A stretch of DNA of 64,000 nucleotides from Acidobacteriota bacterium (GTDB taxonomy: Bacteria; Acidobacteriota; Vicinamibacteria; Vicinamibacterales; UBA8438): the NCBI GenBank assembly GCA_026708265.1, contig JAPOVI010000229.1, positions 6,847 through 70,846 on the forward strand. Direction: 5' to 3'. Made by a program: the position numbers and the translations under genes. Of this stretch, positions 10,361-19,596 are shown piece by piece. A model generated the notes under the pieces. That model made no database searches, was not told the DNA's origin, and saw only the letters and a program-made list of their open reading frames with translations. How positions within the stretch are numbered: position 1 is the stretch's first letter; the number at the start of each line of letters is the position of its first letter.

Positions 10361-10366
10361 TATGAT
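10361..10366 (+). promoter_or_regulatory. -10-like box TATGAT, 8 nt upstream of the HAD gene GTG (leaderless-type geometry)
   Basis: An AT-rich hexamer that stands out in about 70% G+C DNA. No Shine-Dalgarno sequence lies between it and the start codon. Confidence 0.35.
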
Positions 10367-10374
10367 CCGGCTTC

Positions 10375-11031
10375 GTGACCGCCGCTCCGCGCTTCGACGT
10401 GTGCCTCTTCGATCTCGACGGCACCCTCATCGACTCCATCGGCCTCATCATGGCGTCGTTCCGCCATACCATGCGCACGCACCTCGGCTCGGTCCCCGAC
10501 GAGAAGCGCTGGCGGGCCGGGTTCGGGACGCCGCTCCGGGGGCAGCTTCGCGCGTTCGCGCGGGACGACGAGGAGGCGGCGCGCATGGTCGACACCTACC
10601 GCGCCTACACGGACGTGCACCACGACCGGCTGCTTGCGCCCTACGCGGGGATAGACCGGGGTCTGGCCGCCCTGCACCGAGCGGGCGCCCGCCTGGCCGT
10701 GGTCACCAGCAAGACCCACGCGCTCGCCCGGCGCGGGCTGGACCGCTGCGGCCTGAACCACTACTTCGACGTCCTCGTGGGCTTCGACGACGTCGCCGAG
10801 CACAAGCCGCACCCGGCGCCCGTGCTCGCGGCCCTCGAGCGCCTCGGGGCCGAGCCGGGGGAGGCGCTCTTCGTCGGCGACTCGCCGCACGACATCCGTG
10901 CCGGACGAGCCGCGGGGGTCCGGACCGCCGCCGTCCTCTGGGGACCGTTCTCCCGGCAGGATCTGGCCCGCGAAGCCCCTCACCACTGGCTGGCGGGACC
11001 CGGGAGCATCGCCGATCTCGCGCGCCCCTGA
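10375..11031 (+). CDS. HAD-IA hydrolase (PpaX/phosphoglycolate phosphatase-like)
   Basis: Motif I DLDGTLIDS, motif II VVTSK, motif III/IV K...GDSPHDIRAGRAAG. Confidence 0.85.
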   Translation: MTAAPRFDVCLFDLDGTLIDSIGLIMASFRHTMRTHLGSVPDEKRWRAGFGTPLRGQLRAFARDDEEAARMVDTYRAYTDVHHDRLLAPYAGIDRGLAALHRAGARLAVVTSKTHALARRGLDRCGLNHYFDVLVGFDDVAEHKPHPAPVLAALERLGAEPGEALFVGDSPHDIRAGRAAGVRTAAVLWGPFSRQDLAREAPHHWLAGPGSIADLARP

Positions 11032-11116
11032 CGGGCGCGTCGGGAGTCTGCGCGGGCACGAGTTCCTCCATGGCACGTTCTGCGGCGCAGACTCCGGGCG
11101 GGGTGACGGACCCGGC
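11024..11116 (+). repeat. dispersed intergenic hairpin element, copy B (core TTCTGCGGCGCAGACTCC 11078-11095)
   Basis: GGAGTCTGCGC (11043-11053) is perfectly complementary to GCGCAGACTCC (11085-11095), giving an 11-bp stem. The first 35 nt or so are nearly identical to copy C. It is directly upstream of the thioesterase gene. Confidence 0.6.
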
Positions 11117-11144
11117 CGCACGCGTTCTTCGTTACCATTTGGCG

Positions 11145-11531
11145 ATGGAGTCAGCCCCGCCCGCGAGCCCGACGCTGCCCCCCGGGTACCGACCCTACGA
11201 CTACGAGGATCCGTTCGAGGATCTCGTGGGCCCGATGGGCTACCGCGTCGATGGCGATTCCATCTCGTTCGCGTTCCGGTCCGACGGGCGGCATGCCAAC
11301 ACCGGGGGCACGCTGCACGGCGGAATGCTGATGACGTTCGCCGATTTCGCGCTCTGCCTGACCGCGGTCTGGGATCAGCCAGGCGAGAAGTGCGTCACCG
11401 TCTCCTGCAACTGCGAGTTCGTGGCGGCCGGGCAGCCCGGCGACGTGATCGAGGCGACGGGCGAGGTGACCCGCCGCACCCGATCGCTGGCCTTCGTCCG
11501 CGGCCAGCTCAGCGCCGGCGGCTGCTGCTGA
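11145..11531 (+). CDS. PaaI/hotdog-fold acyl-CoA thioesterase, apparently truncated by a frameshift near 11515-11528
   Basis: GTLHGGMLMTFADFAL and GEVTRRTRSLAFVRGQL are typical PaaI motifs. The reading frame ends ...SAGGCC*, but the -1 frame continues RLLLTFSAIVKRLPG, which is the expected last beta-strand. Confidence 0.7.
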   Translation: MESAPPASPTLPPGYRPYDYEDPFEDLVGPMGYRVDGDSISFAFRSDGRHANTGGTLHGGMLMTFADFALCLTAVWDQPGEKCVTVSCNCEFVAAGQPGDVIEATGEVTRRTRSLAFVRGQLSAGGCC

Positions 11532-11624
11532 CCTTCAGCGCGATCGTCAAGCGGCTGCCCGGTGCTCGCGCGGGTGTCCCGGCGCTGCCGGCGGCCGGCC
11601 ATGCCATGACGGAGGGATGAAGAG

Positions 11625-13607
11625 ATGCGCCACCAGAAGATGCTCGCCGGCACCCTGATGCTGGCCCTCGCGGTTGCCGCTTCCGGGAGCCCGCCGCCCG
11701 CGTACGCGCAGGAGGGCGCGGCCGGGGGCGAGTGGCGGGCCTACGGCGGGGACAACGGCGCGACCAAGTACTCGCCCCTCGACCAGATCGACGCGACCAA
11801 CGTCGCCGAGCTCCAGGTCGCGTGGTCGCGTCCGACCGTCGATCCGTCGATTCTCGCGGTGGCGCCGGACCTCGCCTTCAGCAATGCCAACCGGGCGACC
11901 CCGCTGATGGTCGACGGCGTGGTCTACGCGCCGAACGCGGTCGGCCTCGTGGAGGCGTGGGACCCGGCCACCGGCGAGACGATCTGGGTGCAGGAGCCGG
12001 TCGGTGACGGCCCCGCCGCCTACCGGGGCGCGGGCCACCGGGGGATTGCCTACTGGACCGACGGGACGGAGCGCCGCATCATCGCCCACCGTGGCGAGTG
12101 GCTCTACGCTCTGGATCCGGCCACCGGCGCGGCGATCGCGAGCTTCGGCGACGGGGGGCGCGTGGACCTCAAGACCGGCCTCGCCGAGGGCGCGCGCTAC
12201 CGCTGGGGCGGGGCGCCGACCGTCGTCCGCGACGTCATCGTCGTCGGCCAGTCGATGGGCGACACGTTCTTCACGAAGGAGGCCATCCGCGGCGACGTCC
12301 GGGCCTTCGACGTCCGGACGGGGGAGCTCCGCTGGGTCTTCCACACCATTCCGCAGGCCGGCGAGCCCGGGACCGAGACCTGGGGCGACGGGTCGTGGGA
12401 GTACTCCGGGCACGCGCCGGTCTGGTCGCTCTTCGCAGCCGACGAGGAGCTCGGCTACGTCTACATGCCGACGTCCTCGGCCACGAACGACATGTACGGC
12501 GGGCACCGGCCGGGCGACAACCTCTACTCGCAGTCGATCGTCTGCGTCGACGCGGAGACCGGCGAGCGCATCTGGCACTACCAGCTCGTCCACCACGGCC
12601 TGTGGGACTACGACATCCCGGCCGCGCCGATCCTGGCCGACATCACCGTCGACGGGCGGGATATCCAGGCGGTCGTGCAGGTCACGAAGCAGGCCTTCGC
12701 GTTCGTCTTCGACCGGGTGACCGGCGAGCCGGTGTGGCCGATCGAGGAGCGGCCCGTCCCGCAGTCCGCGACCCCGGGAGAGGCGACGTCGCCGACGCAG
12801 CCCTTCCCGACGAAGCCGCCCGCCTTCGACCGCCAGGGAGCGACGGTCGAGAACCTGATCGACTTCACGCCGGAGCTCCGCGCCGAGGCGCTCGAGATCG
12901 TCGAGCGCTACACGATCGGCCCCATGTTCACGCCGCCGTCGGTGCGGGGTAACGGGCCGAACGACAACCAGGGGACCATCCAGCTTCCCGGCTCGCAGGG
13001 GGGCGCCGACATCCAGGGCGCGGCGCTCGATCCGGAGACCGGCTATCTCTACATTCCCTCGATCACCTCGCCCTTCGTGGCCGACATCATCGAGGGCAAC
13101 CCGGACCGGACCAACCTCGCCTACATCAAGGGCCGCCGCCAGTGGATCGGCGGGCCGCGCGGCCTGCCGCTCTTCAAGCCGCCCTACGGCCGCATCACCG
13201 CCATCGACCTGAACGCCGGCGAGATCGTGTGGATGGTGCCGAACGGGTGGGGCCCGCACGACCATCCCGCCATCGCCGACCTGAACCTCGGCCGCCTGGG
13301 GACGCCCGGCCGGCCCGGACCGCTCCTGACGAAGACGCTCCTCTTCATCGGCGAGGGCTCGAACGTCGGCATCGAGGCCGGCGGGCGCGTCATGGACGGC
13401 ATGCCCCTCGACATCGTGACCAACTACGGCGAGCCGTGGTTCCGCGCCTACGACAAGCGGACCGGCGACGTCGTCTGGGAGATGGAGCTCGAAGCCGGGA
13501 CCACGGGCGTTCCGATGACCTACCTGCACCAGGGCAAGCAGTACGTCGTCGTGCCGATCGGCGGCCGCGACGTCCCCGGCCAGTGGGTCGCGCTCAGCCT
13601 GCCGTAG
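11625..13607 (+). CDS. periplasmic PQQ-dependent dehydrogenase (quinoprotein, 8-bladed propeller)
   Basis: Signal peptide. N-terminal signature EWRAYGGDNGATKYSPLDQIDATNVAELQVAW. Repeated W-containing propeller motifs. 660 aa. Confidence 0.9.
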   Translation: MRHQKMLAGTLMLALAVAASGSPPPAYAQEGAAGGEWRAYGGDNGATKYSPLDQIDATNVAELQVAWSRPTVDPSILAVAPDLAFSNANRATPLMVDGVVYAPNAVGLVEAWDPATGETIWVQEPVGDGPAAYRGAGHRGIAYWTDGTERRIIAHRGEWLYALDPATGAAIASFGDGGRVDLKTGLAEGARYRWGGAPTVVRDVIVVGQSMGDTFFTKEAIRGDVRAFDVRTGELRWVFHTIPQAGEPGTETWGDGSWEYSGHAPVWSLFAADEELGYVYMPTSSATNDMYGGHRPGDNLYSQSIVCVDAETGERIWHYQLVHHGLWDYDIPAAPILADITVDGRDIQAVVQVTKQAFAFVFDRVTGEPVWPIEERPVPQSATPGEATSPTQPFPTKPPAFDRQGATVENLIDFTPELRAEALEIVERYTIGPMFTPPSVRGNGPNDNQGTIQLPGSQGGADIQGAALDPETGYLYIPSITSPFVADIIEGNPDRTNLAYIKGRRQWIGGPRGLPLFKPPYGRITAIDLNAGEIVWMVPNGWGPHDHPAIADLNLGRLGTPGRPGPLLTKTLLFIGEGSNVGIEAGGRVMDGMPLDIVTNYGEPWFRAYDKRTGDVVWEMELEAGTTGVPMTYLHQGKQYVVVPIGGRDVPGQWVALSLP

Positions 13608-13719
13608 CGGAGAGCGTGAGCGCGCGGGCGTGGCCCCACGGGCGAAGGCCGTAGCCTCCGTGGGCCGGAGACGGACGTCCCCCGTCGCTGCGGGAGGCGT
13701 CCGCCGAGTACGGCAAGCT

Positions 13720-14214
13720 TCAGCGGTGAGCCGCTCGCCGCTCGAGCGCCAGGAGGGACTCCTTGACCGGCAGGCCGCCCCCGTAGCCGATGAGCGTGCC
13801 GTCGGCGCCGATTACGCGGTGGCACGGCACCACGATGGCGATGGGGTTGCGGCCGTTGGCGGCGCCGACGGCGCGCGAGGCGGTCGGCCGGCCGATGCGC
13901 CGCGCGAGCTCGCCGTAGGAGATCGTCTGGCCGTAGGGGATGCGGCGCAGCTCGTCCCACACCCGCCGCTGGAACGGGGTGCCCTCGGCGGACAGCGGGA
14001 GGTCGAAGTCGCGCCGCGTGCCCTCGAAGTACTCCGCGAGCTGCCGCTCCGCTTCCCGTAGCGCCGCCGGCGGCGAGGTCCCGGCCGCCCGCCACGAGCC
14101 GTCGGGCTCGCACGCCGCCGACCGCGGCAGGTCCACGCGCTCGATCCCGCGCGCGCTTCCCACGACGCGCATCGTGCCGATCGGAGTCTCCAGATCAAGG
14201 TAGTTCCTGGGCAT
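13720..14214 (-). CDS. ogt: methylated-DNA--protein-cysteine methyltransferase
   Basis: Active site [10 protein letters not shown] plus the YGELARRIG helix-turn-helix region. ATG at 14214 is preceded by AAGGAAGGA. The longer track ORF extension is Arg-rich. Confidence 0.9.
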   Translation of the reverse strand: MPRNYLDLETPIGTMRVVGSARGIERVDLPRSAACEPDGSWRAAGTSPPAALREAERQLAEYFEGTRRDFDLPLSAEGTPFQRRVWDELRRIPYGQTISYGELARRIGRPTASRAVGAANGRNPIAIVVPCHRVIGADGTLIGYGGGLPVKESLLALERRAAHR

Positions 14215-15457
14215 CGTTCCTTCCTTCGACTTCCGGGTGGCCGCGGATCGGCCCGCTGCCGGTCGCGTCCGCCGCCGCACGCCGCGGGGCGCCGCGGAAC
14301 AGGGACCGGATCTCATCCGCCCGCGCGGCCGCGTCGGTCTCTCCAAGCGCGATGAGCCGCCGCAGGTACTCGGGCTCGAACGTCAGCAGGCTCAGCACGT
14401 CCGGCGACGCGATCTCCCGCGACCCGAGCCCGCGCACGAGGTGCCGGAAGACGCGCGGAAGGTGCGCCTCGTACTCCGCGGCCAGCCGCGACAGGTCGAC
14501 CGACGGGCGGATCACGAGCAGCTCCACCTCGCGCATGCCGCGCCGCTTCTCGGGGGCCACGTCGTGGAGCAGCAGGTTGATCCGCTCCAGTTCCTGCGCA
14601 TCGCGGTCGAGGTCGTCCAGGAAGACGGCGTTCAGCAGTTGGCCGGCGATCTGCATCGGCGGCGGATGGTGGGGAGCGTCGTTGCCGCCGGATGCCTCGG
14701 CCGCGACGTAGCGCGTCGAGATGGCGAGGACCCGGTTGGCCCCGAGGCGCAAGGCCGGGGAGAAGGGGGCGGTAAGTCGTATGCCCCCGTCGCCGTGCCA
14801 GCCGTCCGCCAGCCTCACGGCGGGGAAGAAGAGCGGCAGCGCGGAGGACGCGAGAACGTGGTCGAGCGTCAGGGCGGTGTTGCGGCTGTGCCGGTCGGCG
14901 CGTTCCCATTCGTGCAGGTCCCGGCCCTGCGTCCAGACGACGGAGTGGCCGGTCCCGTAGTGGCTGGTCACTAGGGCGAGAGCCCAGAGCCGCCCCGCCT
15001 CGACGTTGTCGGCAATCCCCGGGATCGCGCCGTCGCCGGGGTCCGCGTCGAAGACGCCGGCCAGCGTGTCGCGCAGCGGGCTCGTGTCGACCAGGCCCCG
15101 CACCGCCGGCGCCAGCCGCGTGCCCCCGGCCAGCAGTCGAACCCCCCAGCGCGCGACGAGACCGGCCAGCGACGGCCCGTCGGTGCGAAAGACCCGGTCG
15201 GCCGTCAGTCGGCTCCACAGATCGCGCAGCCGCTCGGCCGCCTCCGACAACGGACCCGGGTGGGCGGCGAGAAAGGCGGCGTTGATGGCGCCGGCGGACA
15301 CACCGGAGACGATGGGGAAGTGGGCGTTGGGGACATGCCGGGCAACCCACCCGAGGAAGCCTACCTGGTAGGCGGCGCGGGCGCCGCCGCCGGTGAGCAC
15401 GATGGCGAGATCGTCGGCGCCGCGGGGTCGATGGGCGGAGCTCGCTGAAGTGTCCAC
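14195..15457 (-). CDS. patatin-like phospholipase
   Basis: Oxyanion [11 protein letters not shown], nucleophile GVSAGA, catalytic DGG (WHGDGGIR). I propose the GTG at 15457 as the start; the upstream 34 codons are Arg/Pro-rich. The start is uncertain. The 3' end overlaps the ogt start by 20 nt. Confidence 0.8.
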   Translation of the reverse strand: MDTSASSAHRPRGADDLAIVLTGGGARAAYQVGFLGWVARHVPNAHFPIVSGVSAGAINAAFLAAHPGPLSEAAERLRDLWSRLTADRVFRTDGPSLAGLVARWGVRLLAGGTRLAPAVRGLVDTSPLRDTLAGVFDADPGDGAIPGIADNVEAGRLWALALVTSHYGTGHSVVWTQGRDLHEWERADRHSRNTALTLDHVLASSALPLFFPAVRLADGWHGDGGIRLTAPFSPALRLGANRVLAISTRYVAAEASGGNDAPHHPPPMQIAGQLLNAVFLDDLDRDAQELERINLLLHDVAPEKRRGMREVELLVIRPSVDLSRLAAEYEAHLPRVFRHLVRGLGSREIASPDVLSLLTFEPEYLRRLIALGETDAAARADEIRSLFRGAPRRAAADATGSGPIRGHPEVEGRNDAQELP

Positions 15458-15546
15458 CTGAGGTTCGTCACGGGGACGTGGGGAGCCCGGCGTCGCGCGG
15501 CTCCTGCGCCTGGCGGGAGCCCAACGGTATGGACGCCGCCCCCGCG

Positions 15547-15552
15547 TATAGT
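15547..15552 (+). promoter_or_regulatory. -10-like box TATAGT, 11 nt upstream of the Rsm22-like ATG
   Basis: An isolated AT-rich hexamer with no Shine-Dalgarno sequence before the ATG at 15564. Confidence 0.35.
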
Positions 15553-15563
15553 GTCTCACGACG

Positions 15564-16562
15564 ATGCAGGAGACGGACGAGCCGCCGGGCCTGGCCCTCC
15601 GCCACGCGATCGATGGGCTGCTCGAAGGAGCTTCGATGGTGGAGCTCGAGCGCGCGTCGGCACGACTCGGCGCGGCGTATCGCCGGACGGGAGCCGGGGT
15701 GCGGCCAATCGTCTCGCAAGCGGACCGGCTCGCCTACGTCGCGGCACGGCTTCCGTCGACGTTCGAGGCGAGCCGCGCCGTGCTTGCGGAACTCCGGCGC
15801 CGCGCGCCGGCGCTGCGGGTGCAGAGCCTGCTGGAGCTCGGGGCGGGGCCTGCGCCCGGACTGTGGGCGGCTCGGCCGACGTTCCCGGAGCTCACGCGCG
15901 CCACGCACGTCGAGATCGATTCCGGCATGGCCGAGCTCGGGCGCCGGCTGCTCGCTGCCGGTGCGGCGGGAGCGGGCGTCCGCCGGACCTGGCGCGAGCA
16001 CGACGTCGGCCGCGCCCGGGAGGCCGGCTCGCACGACCTGGTGCTGCTGGCGTACGTGCTGGGGGAGATGCCCGCCGCGGCCGGCGACCGGGCGATCGAC
16101 GCCGCGTGGGACGTGACGGCGGGAGCGCTCGTGGTGATCGAGCCGGGTACCCCGGCCGGCGCGGCGCGCGCTCTCCGGGTGCGGGAGCGGCTGATCGGAC
16201 GCGGCGCGCGCGTGGCGGCTCCCTGTCCGCACGGCGGGGCCTGTCCGCTCGCCGCCGACGACTGGTGCCACTTCGGCGTCCGCGTGAGCCGATCGAGACT
16301 TCAGCGGCGCCTCAAGGAGGGACGCCTGGCCTACGAGGACGAGAAGTACGCCTATGTGGCCCTGACCCGCGGGGAGCCGGATCCCTGCACGGGCCGTGTT
16401 CTGCGCCGTCCGTCCGCGGGGCCGCGACGCCGCCGGCTGCGGCTGTGCACCGTCGCCGGCGTGCGCGAGGAACTGGTGACCCGGCGGGAGGGGGCGCGCT
16501 ATCGCGCCGCCCGGAAGGTCCGTTGGGGTGAGGGATGGGCGCCCGCGGCGCCGAAGCGCTGA
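15564..16562 (+). CDS. Rsm22-family SAM-dependent methyltransferase
   Basis: SAM motif LLELGAGPAPG and a C-terminal Cys cluster CPHGGACPL...WCHF, typical of PF09243 proteins. Confidence 0.75.
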   Translation: MQETDEPPGLALRHAIDGLLEGASMVELERASARLGAAYRRTGAGVRPIVSQADRLAYVAARLPSTFEASRAVLAELRRRAPALRVQSLLELGAGPAPGLWAARPTFPELTRATHVEIDSGMAELGRRLLAAGAAGAGVRRTWREHDVGRAREAGSHDLVLLAYVLGEMPAAAGDRAIDAAWDVTAGALVVIEPGTPAGAARALRVRERLIGRGARVAAPCPHGGACPLAADDWCHFGVRVSRSRLQRRLKEGRLAYEDEKYAYVALTRGEPDPCTGRVLRRPSAGPRRRRLRLCTVAGVREELVTRREGARYRAARKVRWGEGWAPAAPKR

Positions 16563-16590
16563 TCGCGGACATGCGGCCTCCACCAGAGAG

Positions 16591-16650
16591 GGCGAAGAAG
16601 GGGACGGCGAAGAAGGGGACGGCGATGAAGATGACGGTGATGAAGATGAC
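16591..16650 (+). repeat. four tandem 15-bp units (GGCGAAGAAGGGGAC x2, GGCGATGAAGATGAC, GGTGATGAAGATGAC)
   Basis: Read directly from the sequence. The array spans the RBS region and the first codons of the DUF2911 gene, and it creates four in-frame ATGs (MKMTVMKMT). Confidence 0.9.
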
Positions 16651-17308
16651 GAGATGCGCGATCCTGATCGGCGGCGTGCTGGCCATCGCGAACGGTGCGA
16701 TGGTCAGTGCCCAGCAACGCGCGCCGAGCCCCGACGGCCTCGCCTCGACCGAGGTCGGGGGCCGCTACGAGGGCGCGCGCACGCCGTACTACGTCGGCGG
16801 CAAGTGGATCGAGGTGAGCTACGGGCGGCCGATCAAGCGCGGTCGGGAGCTCTGGGGCTCGGGCTCGACGTACGGCGTGTGGCTGAACCGCGGCGCGCCG
16901 GTGTGGCGGGCCGGGGCGGACGTGTCGACCTACCTGATGACCCAGGCGACGCTCGTCGTCGGCGGCGTTCGGGTCGCACCGGGCGGCTACTCGATGTTCA
17001 TCGACCTGGCCCCGGACGAGTGGACGCTGATCGTGTCGAACTGGCAGCCGCAACGACGCTTCGATCCGACGAACACGGAGGAGCTCTGGGGCTCCTACGG
17101 CTACACCCCCGACAAGGACGTCGTACGGACGCCGATGGAGCTCACGACGCTGCCGTGGTCGGTCGATCAGCTCACGTGGCTGTTCCTGGACGTGACCGAC
17201 GCGGGGGGGAAGCTGGCCATCCTGTGGGACACCACGATGGCCGCGGTCCCGTTCGCGATCGAGCCGTCCCCCGACGCTCCTTCGTCCGGCCCGGGGCCGG
17301 GCCGTTGA
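16625..17308 (+). CDS. secreted DUF2911 family protein
   Basis: Signal peptide MKMTRCAILIGGVLAIANGAMVSAQQ. Family hallmark PVWRAGADVSTYL...GGYSMFIDLAPDEWTLIVSNW. The start could be 16625, 16631, 16640 or 16646. Confidence 0.75.
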   Translation: MKMTVMKMTRCAILIGGVLAIANGAMVSAQQRAPSPDGLASTEVGGRYEGARTPYYVGGKWIEVSYGRPIKRGRELWGSGSTYGVWLNRGAPVWRAGADVSTYLMTQATLVVGGVRVAPGGYSMFIDLAPDEWTLIVSNWQPQRRFDPTNTEELWGSYGYTPDKDVVRTPMELTTLPWSVDQLTWLFLDVTDAGGKLAILWDTTMAAVPFAIEPSPDAPSSGPGPGR

Positions 17309-17399
17309 GCGGGCCGGGCGCCCTCGGCAACCGACAGGATGCTACGCCCCCGCGCCGGCTCGGGCCGCCGCCGGCCGCCGTCCCGTGCGCCAGCGCGGC

Positions 17400-18962
17400 T
17401 CACCGCAGGACGCGGATGCGGTGCGCCTCGCTGTCGCCGACGTAGAGCGCGCCGGCCTCGTCCACCCAGACGCCGTGCGGGCGGTTCATGCGGCACCGGC
17501 GCGGCTCCGGCTCAGGCCCGTCGCCGCGCTCGCCGGTCCCGAGCGCGGTCGTGATGACGCCGGTCGCGAGGTCGATGCGCCGGATGACGTGATTCTCCGT
17601 GTCGGCGACGTAGAGGGCCCCGCCCGGGGCGTAGGCGAGTCCCTTGGGTCCCGCGAGAGTCGCCGCTCGCGCCGGCCCGCCGTCGCCGGTGTAGCCCTGC
17701 GCGCCCGTGCCGGCGACGTGGTGAATCGTCTCCCGTTCGAGATCGATGCGGTAGATGGCGTTGCCCTCGCGGAGCGCGAGGTAGAGATTCCCCGCCGGAT
17801 CGAGCGCCATGGCGCGCGGCCCGTTGAGCGGCGTGCCCGCAAGCGGTGCGCCGTCCGGGGTCGGGGCCCGCTCGCCCGTGCCGGCGAACGTCTCGATGCG
17901 CCCGGTCGCCAGGTCGACGCGGCGCATCCGATGGTTGCCGATGTCGCAGATCAGCAGCCGGCCCTCCGGATCGAAGACGATGCTGTGGGGCCGGTCGAGC
18001 TGCGCCGCCGCCGCCGGCCCGCCGTCGCCCGAGAATCCCGCGACCCCGGTGCCCGCCACCGTGGTGATGACGCCCGTCTCGGCGTCGACGCGGCGGACGG
18101 CGTGGTTGTCCCGTTCGACGATGTAGAGGTGGCCGGCCGCGTCGAACTGGATCTCGTGCGGCATGTTGAGCGCCGCCTCGGTCGCGGGCCCGCCGTCGCC
18201 CGCGTAGCCGCGGTCGCCGTTGCCGGCCACCGTCGTCGTCTCGCCCGAGGCCAGATCGAGGCGGCGGATGCGCTGGTTGTCGAGATCGCAGAAGTAGAGG
18301 GCGCCATCCGGGCCGATGACCACGCCGTAGGGGTTGTTGACCTCCTCGTTCGACAGGCCCGGCGCTCCGTCGCCGATCACGGTGCGCACGCTGCCGACCG
18401 CGTTGAACGTCTGCTCGAGCGGAAGGGTGATGCCCGCGAATTCGTCCCGGACGTCGGCCCGCACCAGATAGCGTCCGAGCGGATCGTCGGGCCCGACCTC
18501 GATCTCCGCGTAGCCGATCGAAAGGCCCAGGGCCCCGGCCGGCGGGGCGGGCTTGCCACGCCAGAGCTCCAGGCGATCCGCGCGGAAGAGGCGCGTGCCG
18601 TCCGGCTTGATCACCTCCAGATCGAACGACGCGGCGCAGACCCCGGCGGCGCCCTCCCGGCACCCGATGAAGATGATGAAGGGCGCGAGCGGCACGCCGC
18701 GTCGCACCGCACCGGTGGCGCGAATGGAGACACCGGGCGTAGGGCGCGACCAACGGGCCAGGAACTCCTCGGGCTCGTCGGAGAGGACGATCAGGGCGCC
18801 GAATTCGCCCTCCGACTTGCTCCACGGCTGGTCGGGGAGCCGCTGGCCGTCCCGGAACCACTGTCCGCCGACGGACGCCTCCGCGCCCACCGCGGTCGCG
18901 GCACCGAGCAGGAAGCCCGCCAGCGCCAGCTGGGAGGCGTAACAACGGATCGGGACCCTCAT
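17400..18962 (-). CDS. secreted NHL-repeat beta-propeller protein with an N-terminal domain of unknown function
   Basis: ATG at 18962 (MRVPIRCYASQLALAGFLLGAATAVGA). Six repeats of the type G.GxxGxxGDGGPAxxAxLxxPxGxxxDxxGxLYxxDxxNHxIRRxD. Confidence 0.8.
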   Translation of the reverse strand: MRVPIRCYASQLALAGFLLGAATAVGAEASVGGQWFRDGQRLPDQPWSKSEGEFGALIVLSDEPEEFLARWSRPTPGVSIRATGAVRRGVPLAPFIIFIGCREGAAGVCAASFDLEVIKPDGTRLFRADRLELWRGKPAPPAGALGLSIGYAEIEVGPDDPLGRYLVRADVRDEFAGITLPLEQTFNAVGSVRTVIGDGAPGLSNEEVNNPYGVVIGPDGALYFCDLDNQRIRRLDLASGETTTVAGNGDRGYAGDGGPATEAALNMPHEIQFDAAGHLYIVERDNHAVRRVDAETGVITTVAGTGVAGFSGDGGPAAAAQLDRPHSIVFDPEGRLLICDIGNHRMRRVDLATGRIETFAGTGERAPTPDGAPLAGTPLNGPRAMALDPAGNLYLALREGNAIYRIDLERETIHHVAGTGAQGYTGDGGPARAATLAGPKGLAYAPGGALYVADTENHVIRRIDLATGVITTALGTGERGDGPEPEPRRCRMNRPHGVWVDEAGALYVGDSEAHRIRVLR

Positions 18963-18987
18963 CGTACGCTCCGGGCCTTGCACGCGG

Positions 18988-19542
18988 CTACCGTCGCCGA
19001 GCCGACTCGATGACGACCGGCGTGTTGGGGACGGCGTTCGTGACCGGGGTCGCCTCGATCCGATCGACGACGTCGGTACCGTCGATGACGCGCCCGAAGA
19101 CGGCGTAGCCGTAGTCGCGCACCTGGTGGTTCAGGAAGTCGTTGTCGACCGTGTTGATGAAGAACTGGTCGGTGGCGCTGTCGACCTGCGACGTCCGTGC
19201 CATCGCCACGGTGTAGCGGTCGTTGTCCAGACCGTTGGCCGCCTCGTTGCGGATGGGCGCGCGCGTCGGCCGCGGGCTCATCGACGGCGTGAAGCGGCCA
19301 CCCTGCACCATGAAGCCCTGGATGACGCGGTGGAAGATGACGCCGTCGTAGTGCCCCTCGTCGACGTAGGAGAGGAAGTTCGCCACGCTGATCGGCGCCT
19401 CGCTCTCGAAGAGCTCGATGGCGATGGTGCCCAGGCTGGTGTCCATCACGACCACCGGATTGTCCTGTGCCGCCGCCGGAGAGCCGACCAGGACGACGGC
19501 GAGACACGCTGCTGCGACCGCTCGGAAGGTGCGACCTGTCAT
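18988..19542 (-). CDS. ppiA: periplasmic cyclophilin-type peptidyl-prolyl isomerase
   Basis: ATG at 19542 after GAGAGGAG. Signal peptide. Motifs [13 protein letters not shown] and the TVAMART/FFIN region. The remainder of track ORF 18988..19974 is the repeat/tRNA region. Confidence 0.9.
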   Translation of the reverse strand: MTGRTFRAVAAACLAVVLVGSPAAAQDNPVVVMDTSLGTIAIELFESEAPISVANFLSYVDEGHYDGVIFHRVIQGFMVQGGRFTPSMSPRPTRAPIRNEAANGLDNDRYTVAMARTSQVDSATDQFFINTVDNDFLNHQVRDYGYAVFGRVIDGTDVVDRIEATPVTNAVPNTPVVIESARRR

Positions 19543-19596
19543 GGAATCAAGGCTCCTCTCTGCGCCCTGCAAGCGCGCAGGGGCTTCACATCCTAG

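Noticed and set aside
8928-11531. 867-aa plus-strand ORF spanning the Toprim-like gene, ABC TMD gene and HAD gene
   Set aside because: Only the last 128 codons (the PaaI thioesterase) are credible. Upstream it is out of frame with three better-supported genes and is Arg/Pro-rich.
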